Of a DNA stretch of 64,000 nucleotides, positions 40,200 through 50,500 are shown one piece after another. Within the stretch, counting starts at the first letter, position 1; every line of letters starts with the position of its first letter. The notes under the pieces are model-generated. The model did not search any database, was not told the origin of the DNA, and saw only the letters and a list, made by a program, of their open reading frames with translations. The stretch is from Solirubrobacterales bacterium (GTDB lineage Bacteria; Actinomycetota; Thermoleophilia; Solirubrobacterales; Solirubrobacteraceae): assembly GCA_019240305.1 (NCBI GenBank), contig JAFAYP010000521.1, positions 818 through 64,817 of the forward strand, read 5' to 3'. A program made the position numbers and the translations under genes.

Positions 40200-40238
40200 A
40201 CCCCGGGGTCGCGTCCACCCGAGCGGCGAATCGCACGG

Positions 40239-41492
40239 CTAAGTGCTCGGCCGACCGGCGGCGCGGGCACCGAGGTAGCGTTTCTCGGGGAGGCTGGCGG
40301 TGAGCCGCGCGGCGTGTCCGAACGCCTCGCGGGCTGCGGCGTGGTCGCCCGCCATCTCCAGCAGCTGGCCGCGCACAGCATGAAAGCGGTGGTGGCCGGT
40401 CATCCGCCCGTCCTTGGCGAGGCCGTCGAGGATCTCCAGTCCCGCGACCGGGCTGACGGCCATCGCCGCGGCAACGGCTCGCCCGAGCGTCGCCATCGGG
40501 TTGGGGGACACCTGGTCGAGCAGCTGGTGCAGAGCGAGGATCTGCGGCCAGTCTGTGTCCTCGGCGCGCGGTGCCTCGTCGTGGACGGCAGCGATCGCGG
40601 CCTGGAGCTGATAGCTGCCGAGCGGTCCGCGGGCGAGCGCTTCGGTGATCAGCGCCACCCCTTCCTCGATCCGATCGCGAGCCCACCGGCTGCGGTCTTG
40701 GTCGGCGAGGTCGATCAGCTCGCCCGAGGGGCTCGTCCGTGCGGCGCGCCGGGCGTCGGTGAGCAGCATCAGCGCCAGCAACCCTGCTGCCTCGCCGTCG
40801 TCGGGGCGCAGCCGATGCAACTCTCGCGTCAGTCGGATCGCCTCGCTGCTCAGCTCGACGCGGCTGACCCGTGTCCCCGAGCTGGTGGTGTAGCCCTCGT
40901 TGAAGATCAGATAGAGGACGTGCATCGCTGCCGCCAAGCGCGCGGTGAGCTCGGGCTCCGCCGGCATCTCGAAGCGTGCCCCCGCGTTGCGGATCGTCTG
41001 CTTGGCACGGCTGACCCGCTGCGCCATCGTCGCCTCCGAGACGAAGAAGCCGGCGGCGATCTCGGCCGTGCTCAACCCGCCGACGGCGCGCAGCGTCAGG
41101 GCGATCTGCGACGGCGGGCTGAGCGCCGGGTGGCAGCACATGATCAGCAGAGCCAGCGTGTCGTCCCGATCGCGGTCGATGTCGGGCTCGCTCTCCGGGC
41201 CGAGAGTCAGCAGCTCAGAGGGGGGCGAGCCCATCGCGATGCGATCCTCACGCGCGCGGCGGGAGCGCTCGCTGCGCACGTCGTCGATCAGGCGGCGCGT
41301 CGCCACGGTGAGGAGCCATCCCCGCGGGTTCTCGGGCAGGCCGGTCGCGGGCCAGCCGGTGGCCGCCGCCAGCAGCGCTTCCTGCACCGCGTCCTCGCAG
41401 ACGTCGAGGCTGCGGTGGCGACGCATCAAGGTCGCGAGGACCTGGGGCGCCAGCCGGCGCAGCAGGTCCTCGATCTCACCGGGCTGACTCAC
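40239..41492 (-). CDS. ECF sigma factor with C-terminal DUF6596/TPR extension (YciI-associated)
   Basis: EDAVQEAL, CCHPAL, TMAQRVSRAK, LYLIFNEGY, YQLQAAIAAVH; GTGA overlap with yciI. Confidence 0.9.
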   Translation of the reverse strand: MSQPGEIEDLLRRLAPQVLATLMRRHRSLDVCEDAVQEALLAAATGWPATGLPENPRGWLLTVATRRLIDDVRSERSRRAREDRIAMGSPPSELLTLGPESEPDIDRDRDDTLALLIMCCHPALSPPSQIALTLRAVGGLSTAEIAAGFFVSEATMAQRVSRAKQTIRNAGARFEMPAEPELTARLAAAMHVLYLIFNEGYTTSSGTRVSRVELSSEAIRLTRELHRLRPDDGEAAGLLALMLLTDARRAARTSPSGELIDLADQDRSRWARDRIEEGVALITEALARGPLGSYQLQAAIAAVHDEAPRAEDTDWPQILALHQLLDQVSPNPMATLGRAVAAAMAVSPVAGLEILDGLAKDGRMTGHHRFHAVRGQLLEMAGDHAAAREAFGHAARLTASLPEKRYLGARAAGRPST

Positions 41493-41851
41493 ATCTCCAA
41501 CCCGGCCTCGTGCAACACCGGCCACACCTCGACCGCGTTGTAGGAGGCGAACGGCATCTCGGAGGCGAGCTGGAGCGCGCGCTCCTCGCTCTCGCAGTCG
41601 AACAGGCAGAAGCTCGACACGAACTCCTTGGCCTCGATATACGGGCCGTCGGTCACGGCTGGCGCGCCGTCGCGGACGCGCACTGTGCGGGCGGTCAGCT
41701 CATCGCCAAGCCCGTAGGCCGCCAGCAGCTCACCGGACTGCGCGTAGCGCTGGTTGAACGCGTCCTGGGCGGCGATGGCCTCCGCCGCCTGCTCGCCCGT
41801 GAACGACTGCCACAGCGCCTTGTTGCCATAGATGATCGCCATGTACTTCAA
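41489..41851 (-). CDS. YciI/DGPF-family protein
   Basis: VTDGPYIEAKE...VEVWPV. Confidence 0.9.
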   Translation of the reverse strand: MKYMAIIYGNKALWQSFTGEQAAEAIAAQDAFNQRYAQSGELLAAYGLGDELTARTVRVRDGAPAVTDGPYIEAKEFVSSFCLFDCESEERALQLASEMPFASYNAVEVWPVLHEAGLEM

Positions 41852-41899
41852 CTGAAGCCTCCTTGAAGGTTGAGCTCGCCGATCGAGCTGTTCCGGAGG

Positions 41900-41929
41900 A
41901 GTCGGAGCCGAGCGCCTGTTCTCGACATC
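41900..41929 (-). promoter_or_regulatory. ECF-type promoter motif, copy 2
   Basis: GATGTCGAG-N12-GCTCCGACT upstream of yciI-sigma. Confidence 0.65.
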
Positions 41930-41976
41930 CCGCTCCGATCCGGACGACGCGGTGCCCTGTGGCCGGTGTGAGGACC

Positions 41977-42006
41977 GATGTCGAGACGGCGTGGCCGACT
42001 CCGACT
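41977..42006 (+). promoter_or_regulatory. ECF-type promoter motif, copy 3
   Basis: GATGTCGAG-N12-ACTCCGACT upstream of the membrane protein gene. Confidence 0.65.
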
Positions 42007-42055
42007 ACCCGGCAAAACCCGTGCCGACCCCGCACCCGATCACAAGGAGCACAGC

Positions 42056-42502
42056 ATGAGCATCGCATCCGCAGCACACAGTCCCGCATCCACCCGTCCG
42101 GGACGCGTCGCCACGCAACGTGTTGTGGTCCACGGGGTGGTTGCTGGCGCTATTGCCCTGACCGTCATCGAGGCCTACGCGGCTCTCGCTAAGACGGCTG
42201 GGGTTCCGTTGCGAGCCGGCCTACCGGACACGCACACAGCCTCGCTGATCACGGCCGGCAGCTTCGCCACCGGCATCCTGGTGGCGGCGTTCTGGGGCAC
42301 CGTGGTGGCGCTGGTTCTCGCGCGCAATGCCGTTCGGCCGGTTCGCACGTTCACGCGCGTGGCGGTCACGGCGACGGCGTTGTCGCTGATCACCCCGCTG
42401 GCCGCTTTCGGCGCGTCACTTAGCACGAAGCTGACACTCGTCGCCGCGCACCTGATCGCCGCGACGATCATGACGACGGTCCTCCGGCGCGGAATCTCAT
42501 AG
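42056..42502 (+). CDS. DUF6069-like membrane protein
   Basis: Four TM segments, RPVRTF...LVAAHLIAA; SD aaggag. Confidence 0.7.
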   Translation: MSIASAAHSPASTRPGRVATQRVVVHGVVAGAIALTVIEAYAALAKTAGVPLRAGLPDTHTASLITAGSFATGILVAAFWGTVVALVLARNAVRPVRTFTRVAVTATALSLITPLAAFGASLSTKLTLVAAHLIAATIMTTVLRRGIS

Positions 42503-42543
42503 AGCCACGGCGACCGACTGATCCGAGCTACCGCCCAGCCACC

Positions 42544-43800
42544 ATGCGCCACCCGACCATGTCACCGACGTTGTCCTCGCCGGGGACCAGGCCGTTGCTG
42601 GCCAGCTCGGTCCTAGCGCGGCTCCCGTTGGCGATGTTCAGCATCGCGCTGCTCGTCCACGCGCAGCGTCTGACTGGCTCGTTCTCGGTTGCCGGTGCCT
42701 ACGCCATCGCCAGCGCGGTCTCATCGCCGGCACTCGGCCGGTGGGTCGACCGCCACGGTCAAACTCACGTGCTCGTGCCGGCGGCCGGCGTCACGGCATT
42801 GACGCTGGTCGCCAACGGGCTGCTCCCGGCAGGGACCTCGCCTGTCGTGCTGGTGGTGCTCGGTGCTGCGGCGGGTGCGCTGACACCTCCCCTGGCGGCG
42901 TGCGTGCGCACGCTGCTGCCAGGTCTGGTGTCGGATCCGGGTGAACTCGAGCGCCTGTTCGCGTTGGAGTCAACGGTTCTCGAGCTGACGTTCGTGTTCG
43001 GCCCCGTCTTTGCCCTCGGGCTGGGACAGCTCTGGTCGCCCGGCGCCGCGCTGGCCCTGAGCGGGCTGGTGATGTTGGCCGGGACGCTGTTGTTCGCGGC
43101 GCACCCGCTGTCACGCGCCTGGCGCCCAAGCGCTGAAGCACCACGTACCCGCGGTGGCGCCATGGGCTCGCCCGCGATCCGCACGCTCGTGCTCATCACA
43201 TTCGGTGCGGGGGCGTTGTTCGGGGCCACCGAGCTCGCCGTCACCGCGGCCGCCCACGCCCATCACGAGACCGGACTCGCCGGGCCGCTGCTCGGGCTCT
43301 GGGGGGCGGGATCGCTGCTCGGCGGAATCGCCGCGACCCGGCTGGCCGGCAACGGCGCGGCCGGCTCGCGTGACCTGCTGCGGTTGCTCGCGGCACTCGT
43401 GCTCACGCACGCTGTCCTGTTCGTCTTCGCTGGCAGCCTGCTCGCCCTCGCGCTCGCGATCACGATCGCCGGCACGACGATCGCGCCCACCCTCGCACGC
43501 ATCTATGCCAGCGTCGACGCTACGGCTCCAGGGGGGACCCAGACCGAGGCGTTTTCGTGGCTGCTCACCGCCTCGCTGAGCGGCGCCTCTCTCGGCTCCG
43601 CAGCGGCCGGCGCGCTCGCCCAGGGCGGCGGTCCCGCGACCGCTTTCGCGTTCGTCGCCGCGGCCGGAGTGACGACGCTGGCGCTCGCCGCGATCCGCGC
43701 ACGCCGCCTCCAGCCAGACGCCTCACGCCGACCGGTGAGCCCAACCCGGCCTCGCCCGCGCTCCCTCGGCGCGGAGATCAGCCGGACGGTCGCTCCCTGA
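42544..43800 (+). CDS. MFS transporter
   Basis: LARLPLAM, GRWVDRHG, ELTFVFGP, TEAFSW. Confidence 0.88.
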   Translation: MRHPTMSPTLSSPGTRPLLASSVLARLPLAMFSIALLVHAQRLTGSFSVAGAYAIASAVSSPALGRWVDRHGQTHVLVPAAGVTALTLVANGLLPAGTSPVVLVVLGAAAGALTPPLAACVRTLLPGLVSDPGELERLFALESTVLELTFVFGPVFALGLGQLWSPGAALALSGLVMLAGTLLFAAHPLSRAWRPSAEAPRTRGGAMGSPAIRTLVLITFGAGALFGATELAVTAAAHAHHETGLAGPLLGLWGAGSLLGGIAATRLAGNGAAGSRDLLRLLAALVLTHAVLFVFAGSLLALALAITIAGTTIAPTLARIYASVDATAPGGTQTEAFSWLLTASLSGASLGSAAAGALAQGGGPATAFAFVAAAGVTTLALAAIRARRLQPDASRRPVSPTRPRPRSLGAEISRTVAP

Positions 43801-43837
43801 GCCGAGGACGCCGGGGTCGCGTGCAACGATCACTGTC

Positions 43838-44626
43838 GTGACGACTCGGAGTCAATCGGACCGCCCGACGGCTCGGGCGCAGTCCGAACGGCCCTTATCA
43901 CGGGTGCTGCGAGCGGCATCGGGGCCGGCGTGGCGCGACGGCTGTCGAGGCTGGGCTATCGCCTGGCGCTGTTGGACATCCACGGCGAAGGCGTTAGCCG
44001 GATCGCGGCAGGACTCGACGGCACGGACAGCCCCGCAGTCGGGGTCGGGGCGGATGTCAGCGACGAGTCTGCCGTGCGGACGCGCTCGATGAGGTGCGCG
44101 ATCAGCTCGGCGAGGTGGGGATCCTCGTCAATAACGCCGGGATTGCCCGAGACGGTGACGTGGTCGAGATGTCCAGCAACGACTGGGACGCGGTGCTCGC
44201 CACCCATCTCCGGGGCACGTTTCTGATGACTCGCGCTGCTCTGCCGTCGATGCTCGCTGCCCGTTCGGACGGATCGTCAACATCTCGGGCATCTCCGCGC
44301 TGGGGCACGCTGGGCGGGCCAACTACATCCGCGGCCAAGGGCGGGATCGAGGCGTTCACTCGCGCCGTGGCGCACGAGGTCGCTGCTGACGGGGTCACGG
44401 TGAATGCCATCGGCCCGGGTGTGGTCGTGACCGGGATTACCGAGGCCGGGCAAGAGGACGGGGCCGCAGTCTCGACGAGCACAAGGAGATTTTGCGCCAG
44501 ACCGTGCCCGTTGGTCGCCTCGGCACGCCGGATGACATCGCGAGCGCGGTCGCCTTCTTCGTGGCCGATGACGCCGACTTCATCACCGGACAGGGCCTCT
44601 CCGTCAGCGGAGGACCCCACGGCTGA
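43838..44626 (+). pseudogene. SDR (FabG-like) split by several frameshifts
   Basis: ITGAASGIG, LVNNAGI, AAKGG, VTVNAIGPG and VPVGRLGTPDDIA lie in different frames. Confidence 0.75.
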
Positions 44627-44883
44627 GGCCTCGTTGCGTCGCGGGCGGATTCAGGCGAGCTGAACTCGCCCGCCGCGAGGTCGTCTCGGCGCTCGATTTC
44701 GAGCACGTTCGGATGTGGGAGTGGTGTGGTTCCGCGCCAGGCCGAGCAGCTTCAGCGGACATCGTCAGGACTTTCAGGTCACATGGGGTCAGCCATGAAT
44801 CTGGTCGACCGTGGCCGAAGGGCGCGCGGCGGGTTAATGAGCCCTGCTCGGGTCTCCGGATAAGAACGCAGGCATTTCGCGGG

Positions 44884-45181
44884 TCAGTGCCCGTTGAGGC
44901 GTTTGCGCATGCGAAGCGCCGTGACGTCGTGACCCGATGTTGCGTAGAGACGACGCGCCGTCAGATTCTCAGCGAACACGCTGAGGCCGATCGAACGACG
45001 ACCATGGCGCCTGGCTTCCGTCTCGGCCGCCCGCAAGAGCGCCCTCCCGTAGCCGCTTCTCGGCTATCTCGCCCGACCAGTTCCCCGCAATGATTTGCTC
45101 CGAGGCTAGGTGAAGGATCGAGCGAACGCGAAACGCGTCAAACTCCTCGCCCTTCATGTGTCGGACATGAAGGCTGTCCAT
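44884..45181 (-). pseudogene. GNAT acetyltransferase remnant with internal deletion
   Basis: N-terminus MDSLHVRHMKGEEFDAF...AGNW joins directly, out of frame, to GYGRALLRAAE...LSVFAENLTARRLY. Confidence 0.65.
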
Positions 45182-45191
45182 CAGGCCGACA

Positions 45192-45779
45192 TTACGCGAG
45201 TTTGGTGGACCTCGAGGAGCGCTGATAGGTCTGAAGCTGGACTCCGTCGGTTCCGATCGTCGTGCTGGAGGCGAGCCGCAGCTTGACGCGCTTGCTGTCG
45301 TCTGCGAACAGGCGCCGGCCGCGCCCGAGGAGCGTCGGAAAGACCATCAGACGCAGCTCGTCGACCAGCTCAGCTGCCAGCAGCGTCCGGGCGAGCGTCC
45401 CGCTGCCGACGACGAGGAGCGTCCCGTCTAACTGCTTGCGGAGCCTGGTCACCGATTCGACCGCGTCGCCCCCGAGGACTGTCGTGTTATTCCAGGTCGG
45501 GTCGGACAGCGTGTGCGAGACGACGTACTTGGGGTCGCCGTTGAGCTTGTCCGCGTACTCACCGGCGCGCGATGGCCATGCGGCTGCGAACTCGTCGTAG
45601 GTGATGCGGCCAAGCAGGTGGGCCTCGGCCTCCATCACCTCGTCGAGCTTGAACTGGCCACCCTCCTTGCCGCGGTCATACTCGAAGCTCCAGCCGCCGT
45701 GCTCGTAGTCACCGGCGCCGCCGGGATCCTCGAACACCCCGTCCAGTGAAACGAACTCGCTGATCACCAGCTTTCCCAT
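45192..45779 (-). CDS. DHFR/RibD C-terminal-domain protein
   Basis: MGKLVISEFVSLDGV, LLGRITY, GSGTL. Confidence 0.9.
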   Translation of the reverse strand: MGKLVISEFVSLDGVFEDPGGAGDYEHGGWSFEYDRGKEGGQFKLDEVMEAEAHLLGRITYDEFAAAWPSRAGEYADKLNGDPKYVVSHTLSDPTWNNTTVLGGDAVESVTRLRKQLDGTLLVVGSGTLARTLLAAELVDELRLMVFPTLLGRGRRLFADDSKRVKLRLASSTTIGTDGVQLQTYQRSSRSTKLA

Positions 45780-45792
45780 GATTCCTCCTGAT

Positions 45793-46641
45793 TCAGTCGT
45801 TTGTCGCGGTTTCAGTGCCGAGGAACTCGGCCAGCACGGGCGCCAGCACAGGGACCTTGAGCCGGTGGCCCATCCCGTCGAGCACGCGTAGTTCGGCGCT
45901 GGGCAGCACGTCGGCCAGAGCACGGGACCCGTTCTGCAGGGTGCTTGGGCTCTTACCGCCGTAGATCACCAGGGCAGGCATCGTCACCGACGCCCACTCC
46001 TGCGCTTGCAGTGGGTTGCCCTGCATGTTGTGCTCGCCGAGCGCCGCCCAGTCGTAGGGCAACGTCGACGCGTTTGCCTTCATCAGCTTCCAGGCTGGCA
46101 TCACCTTCATGGCCAGAACCGCCGGTGCCGGCATGCCCATGGCCCCCCGCATGAAGTGCTTGACCGCTCCGCTGCGGTCTTGGGCGCCCACGAGCTCATC
46201 GAGCCGCTGGCCGTAGTCTGGCTGTGGGCCCTTGTCGTCGCGGTTGACCACGAACGGCACTTCGTAGACTGCCACTCGCTCAACGCCGATGTCCGCGCCA
46301 GCCGCGCGCAGAGCGAGCGCCCCGCCCGACGAGAATCCGAATAGCGAGGCGGTTCCACCTGCGACCTGGATGAGCGCTGCGATGTCCTCGATCTCACGCT
46401 GGACCGAGAACGGACCGCCCTCGTCGCTGTCGCCGCGCCCTCGTCGGTCGTAGTCGATCACGGTGAACTCTGGCGAGAGCAGCTCGGCGAGCTTGGTCAT
46501 CATCTTGAACTTCTTGTCCAGCGTGCGGTCTCCCAGGGCGCCATTGACGAGGACCACCGCGGGTCCGGTGCCGTGACGCTCGTAGGCGATCTTGGTGCCG
46601 TCACGCGAAGTGACTGTGGGCATGGTGTGCTCCGTTGCCAT
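45793..46641 (-). CDS. Alpha/beta hydrolase (paralogue of 38728-39558)
   Basis: YDRRGRGDS, GFSSG. Confidence 0.88.
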   Translation of the reverse strand: MATEHTMPTVTSRDGTKIAYERHGTGPAVVLVNGALGDRTLDKKFKMMTKLAELLSPEFTVIDYDRRGRGDSDEGGPFSVQREIEDIAALIQVAGGTASLFGFSSGGALALRAAGADIGVERVAVYEVPFVVNRDDKGPQPDYGQRLDELVGAQDRSGAVKHFMRGAMGMPAPAVLAMKVMPAWKLMKANASTLPYDWAALGEHNMQGNPLQAQEWASVTMPALVIYGGKSPSTLQNGSRALADVLPSAELRVLDGMGHRLKVPVLAPVLAEFLGTETATND

Positions 46642-46669
46642 GGGATTGATCTGCTGGGTGGAGGCGGCG

Positions 46670-47611
46670 CTAGACACGCGCATAGGCGGTTTCGAGCCAG
46701 CTGAGGAGTTCGCCGTCGACATCTCCCGGAGCGCGAACGCGAACCCGGTGTGTGACCATGCGGTTCCAGCTCCCGGCGGGCTCGAGGCGGCCGCCGGAGG
46801 CGGTGTCCTTGAGTTTGATGCCGACGTCCAGGCGGTCCGCGGTCACCTGGACGATCGCGAACTTCTTGCCAGCGCGGCGGAGGCTGAGATAAGTGGCCCC
46901 CGGGTTGACGTCGGTGTCGTTCCCGAACGCGCTGATGCTCCGGACGAGTTCGTCGTAGACAGGCCGCCAGCTCGACTTCGGCCCCGTGAAATGCCGGCTT
47001 ATCCTGTCGTCGGCGATCGGCTCCGGCTCGGCCTGCTTCTTGATCGTGGCGACGATCGCCATCGCGTGGCCGTGTCCGAGGCCGTAGTGCTCCTTCAGCC
47101 ATGCTAGGACCGCGCCGGCCTTCCAGCCGGGGGTGAGCACGCCCTCGGCTCGCAGGAGCTCGATCAGCTCGTCGGGGGTCTTGCCTGTCTTCTCGGTGAT
47201 GTTGTCGAGGTACGTCTGCATGGACATGTGGGGCTCCCTGTGTTGGGTTTCTGGTCGCATCGCGAAGCGCAGGCGCGCCGCGCAGATGTCCGGCTTTGCG
47301 ACGAACGTGAAGCCGCCGAGCTCGCCCACGGTGGGCGCGCTGGAGGTGAGCAGCACGGTCGGCGCCGACGGCAGTCCGGCCAGCGCCCGTGCGCCGGTGA
47401 TCGCCTCGTCGAGGCGCTTGCCGACGTCGACGATCGCGATGTCGGGTGATGCGGTCAAGCCGAGCGCGAGCGCCTGCGCGGTACTGGCCACGTCGGCGAC
47501 GACATCGAGCCCTTCGGTCCGGAGCAACGCCCGGATCGCGCCGCGTGAGACCTCGTGCTGATCGACGATCAGGACGCGGAGGCGACTGGCGGTGCGCTCG
47601 GTGCGTGGCAT
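46670..47611 (-). CDS. Degenerate receiver domain in frame with a DUF4287-DUF5655 protein (internal start likely at 47227)
   Basis: LRVLIVDQH...PDIAIVD; then MSMQTYLDNITEKTGKT...GLGHGHAMA; then YLSLRR..KKFA...THRVRV. Confidence 0.7.
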   Translation of the reverse strand: MPRTERTASRLRVLIVDQHEVSRGAIRALLRTEGLDVVADVASTAQALALGLTASPDIAIVDVGKRLDEAITGARALAGLPSAPTVLLTSSAPTVGELGGFTFVAKPDICAARLRFAMRPETQHREPHMSMQTYLDNITEKTGKTPDELIELLRAEGVLTPGWKAGAVLAWLKEHYGLGHGHAMAIVATIKKQAEPEPIADDRISRHFTGPKSSWRPVYDELVRSISAFGNDTDVNPGATYLSLRRAGKKFAIVQVTADRLDVGIKLKDTASGGRLEPAGSWNRMVTHRVRVRAPGDVDGELLSWLETAYARV

Positions 47612-47640
47612 ACCGGCACTGTCGCCCGGAGCCAGCGCGG

Positions 47641-47663
47641 TCGCATCAGGGACCTCACCAGTC
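47641..47663 (-). promoter_or_regulatory. Candidate LAL-regulator binding/promoter motif, copy 1
   Basis: GACTGGTGAGgtCCCTGATgCGA, 20/23 identical to 50501-50523. Confidence 0.55.
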
Positions 47664-47691
47664 GGAGGTCTTGGCGGCTACGCAGGCCGGC

Positions 47692-50442
47692 CTATGCGGC
47701 TGCGGCGAGAAGATCGCGGTGGCGGATGAGCTCGCCGCGGGAGGCCAGGCCGAGCTTGGTGAACACCTTGCGCAGGTGGTACTCGACGGTGCGGGGGCTG
47801 AGGAACAGCTGCTCGCCGATCTCGCGGTTGGTCAGCCCACTGGCCACCAGTCCGGCGATCTGCAGCTCCTGCGGGGTGAGCTGATCCAGCGTGGAGGGAT
47901 CGCGCCGGCGTGCCGTCTCGCCGGTCGCGCGCAGCTCGTTCTCGGCTCGCTGCGTCCACGGCATCGCGCCGATCGAGCGAAACCGCTCGATCGCGTCACG
48001 CAGATATGCGCGCGCGTCCGACCGCCGGCGCTGGCGCCGCAGCCACTCCCCGAAGAGCAGCTCGGTACGGGCGCGCTCGAAGGCGGTCAGAGCTCGGCTG
48101 AGCTGCACCGCTTCTGTGAGAGCCTGCTCCGGTGGGCGCGCCTCGAGCAGCCCCTCGGCGCGCGCCAGCATCGCGCGGTTTCCCTCGCTGGGGGAGTGTC
48201 GGGCCCAATCACGGAGGAGCGCGAGCGGTGCGTTCGCGTCGTCGGTTGAGAACCCACCGCGCACGATCGCCTCGATCACGTCCGATGCCGGTCCAACCGT
48301 GGTGACGAACGTCAGGTCCTCGCGGTCGGTCGAGGTGAGCTCGGCCAGCTCGGAGGCGGCCTCCGACGGCCTCCCGAGCGTGAGCTCGAGCAGGCCGCTC
48401 GCCGCCCGGGCCCCGGCCTCCAGGTAGGTATCCCCACTGTGCTGGGCGAGCTCGAGCGCCTTGGCGACGTGATCGCGCGCGCCGTCCTCCTGGCCGCGGA
48501 TCGCCTCGACGTAGGCCATCGTGACCAGGTGCCAGCCCGCTCCGTGACCAAGCTCGATCGACAGCGCGTACCCCTCCTGGGCAGCTACATAGGCCAGATC
48601 GAGCCGGCCGGCGCGCAACAGCTCCTTGGCGTGATGCTCAAGCGTCAGGGGGAGCATGCTGAAGAGGCCATCGCGGCGGGCGATCTCGACCGCCCTGGCC
48701 GTGTAGGTGAGCCCCGTGCCGGGCTCCCCGCCAGCCGCATTGGCAGCCCAGATCTGGGCTCGTGGGTCGTCGCTGAGTTGGGTCGCGAGACCGAGCGCGG
48801 CGTCGAGCGTCGTGCGTGCTCGCTCGAGCTCCCCGGCCACAAGCGCGCCTGCGCCGACCAGGATGCGCTGGCTGAACTCGGCGCGCAGCCCGTCCGCGTT
48901 CAGTCCCGCCGCTCGCTCGCCGATCTGGCGGACCGTGTCGAGCCGGCCGATCGCGCCGGCGGCTTCGGCTGCCTCGTGGAGCATCGCCAGCGCGAGCTCG
49001 GGATCGGCGTCGGCGGCGGCATCCAGCAGCGTCTCGGCCCCGTCGCGCACGCTCCCGCAGCGCACCTCGATCACACCGCGCAGATAGAGCAGGCGCGCGC
49101 GCAGGGAGGCGTCGCTGAGGGGGAGGGCGCGCACGATCAGATCGAGGGCCCGCTCCGGCTGTCCCGCATCCCACGCCGCTTGCGCGGCCGCGGAGAGCCG
49201 CGGACCCCGGCGGTCGGCGTCGACGGTCAACTCGGCGGCGCGGGTGAAGGCGCTCGCCGCCGAGGCGTGACCCGCACGAAGCTGGGCTCGTCGCGCGGAG
49301 GCCTCGAGGGCGACTGCAACCTCCTCATCGCCCGTCACCGCCGCCATCGCCTGATGCCAGACGCGCCGGTCGATGTGCTCCTCGCCGGTCAGCACCCGGG
49401 CCAGCGCGGCGTGCACACGTTGGCGTTCGCTGAGGACGCCGCGCTCATAGACGGCGGCGCGGACCAGCGGATGGCGAAACTCGACGCGGGTCACCTCGCT
49501 ACGGATCAGAGCGGCCCGCTCGGCGGGGTCGAAGCTGTCGACACCGACGCCCAGGTCGGCCAGCACGCCGAGGATCGTGGCGAGCTCACCTGTTCCGTCT
49601 ATCGCCGCGACGAGCAGGGCCTGCTGCGTCTCCGCCGGCAGCTCCTCAACGCGAGCGCGGAACAGGCTGCTAAGCCGGGGTGTAAGCGGAACCGCCTCCG
49701 GGAGTGGCGCCCGCCCGGCGAGCTGGTCCCGGCTCAGCGCGTCGGGGAGCTCGAGTAGGGCCAGCGGGTTGCCCTCCGCCTCCGCCAGCAGGCGCGCCCG
49801 CACGACGGGTGACGCCTCCGGACTGCGCCGGGCCAAGAGGCTGGCGGCGGCGTCGGCGTCGAGCCCGGCGATCCGCAAGACTGGTATGCCGTCGGCCTCG
49901 AAGCGCTGCGCTTCGCCGTCTCGCGAGGCGAACAGCATCGCGACCCGCTCGGCTCCGAGCCGCCGAGCGGTGAAGACAAGCGCGTCGGCGGATGGCATAT
50001 CGAGCCAGTGGGCGTCGTCGACGACGCAGACGAGTGGTTGTCGCTCGGATGCGGCGGCCAAAAGACCCAGAACCGCGCCCGACACGAGCAGGCGGTCGGC
50101 GTCGGCTGACGGCCCCAGCCCGAGCGCACCTTCGAGCGCCGCGACGTGTTTATCGGGCAGCTCGCTCAGGTGGTCGAGAATCGGTCGCAGCAGCCCGAAC
50201 AAACCCGCGAAAGCCAGATCGGCCTCCGCCTCAACCCCGGTCACACGCAGCACGGTCATCGCGGGAGCGTGCGCGAGCGCGAGGCCAAGCAGGGCGGTCT
50301 TACCGAAGCCCGCCTCACCGCGTATCACCAGAGCACCGCCCTCGCCCTCCTGGGCTCCCGTGAGCAGCCGTTCGATCACCGCGCGCTCCCGCTCGCGCCC
50401 CAGGAGCTCCCCTTGCGGCCCACCCGCGAGTGGCTCTGCCAT
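47692..50442 (-). CDS. LAL-type regulator (AAA_16 ATPase plus C-terminal LuxR HTH)
   Basis: GEAGFGKT, VDDAHWLD, GNPLAL, LTPQELQIA...LFLSPRTVEYHL. Confidence 0.92.
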   Translation of the reverse strand: MAEPLAGGPQGELLGRERERAVIERLLTGAQEGEGGALVIRGEAGFGKTALLGLALAHAPAMTVLRVTGVEAEADLAFAGLFGLLRPILDHLSELPDKHVAALEGALGLGPSADADRLLVSGAVLGLLAAASERQPLVCVVDDAHWLDMPSADALVFTARRLGAERVAMLFASRDGEAQRFEADGIPVLRIAGLDADAAASLLARRSPEASPVVRARLLAEAEGNPLALLELPDALSRDQLAGRAPLPEAVPLTPRLSSLFRARVEELPAETQQALLVAAIDGTGELATILGVLADLGVGVDSFDPAERAALIRSEVTRVEFRHPLVRAAVYERGVLSERQRVHAALARVLTGEEHIDRRVWHQAMAAVTGDEEVAVALEASARRAQLRAGHASAASAFTRAAELTVDADRRGPRLSAAAQAAWDAGQPERALDLIVRALPLSDASLRARLLYLRGVIEVRCGSVRDGAETLLDAAADADPELALAMLHEAAEAAGAIGRLDTVRQIGERAAGLNADGLRAEFSQRILVGAGALVAGELERARTTLDAALGLATQLSDDPRAQIWAANAAGGEPGTGLTYTARAVEIARRDGLFSMLPLTLEHHAKELLRAGRLDLAYVAAQEGYALSIELGHGAGWHLVTMAYVEAIRGQEDGARDHVAKALELAQHSGDTYLEAGARAASGLLELTLGRPSEAASELAELTSTDREDLTFVTTVGPASDVIEAIVRGGFSTDDANAPLALLRDWARHSPSEGNRAMLARAEGLLEARPPEQALTEAVQLSRALTAFERARTELLFGEWLRRQRRRSDARAYLRDAIERFRSIGAMPWTQRAENELRATGETARRRDPSTLDQLTPQELQIAGLVASGLTNREIGEQLFLSPRTVEYHLRKVFTKLGLASRGELIRHRDLLAAAA

Positions 50443-50500
50443 AGCAAGAATCGTAGAGAGCCAATCCGCCGGCCGGCCCTTGCCTCCCCAGCCCGCTGGG

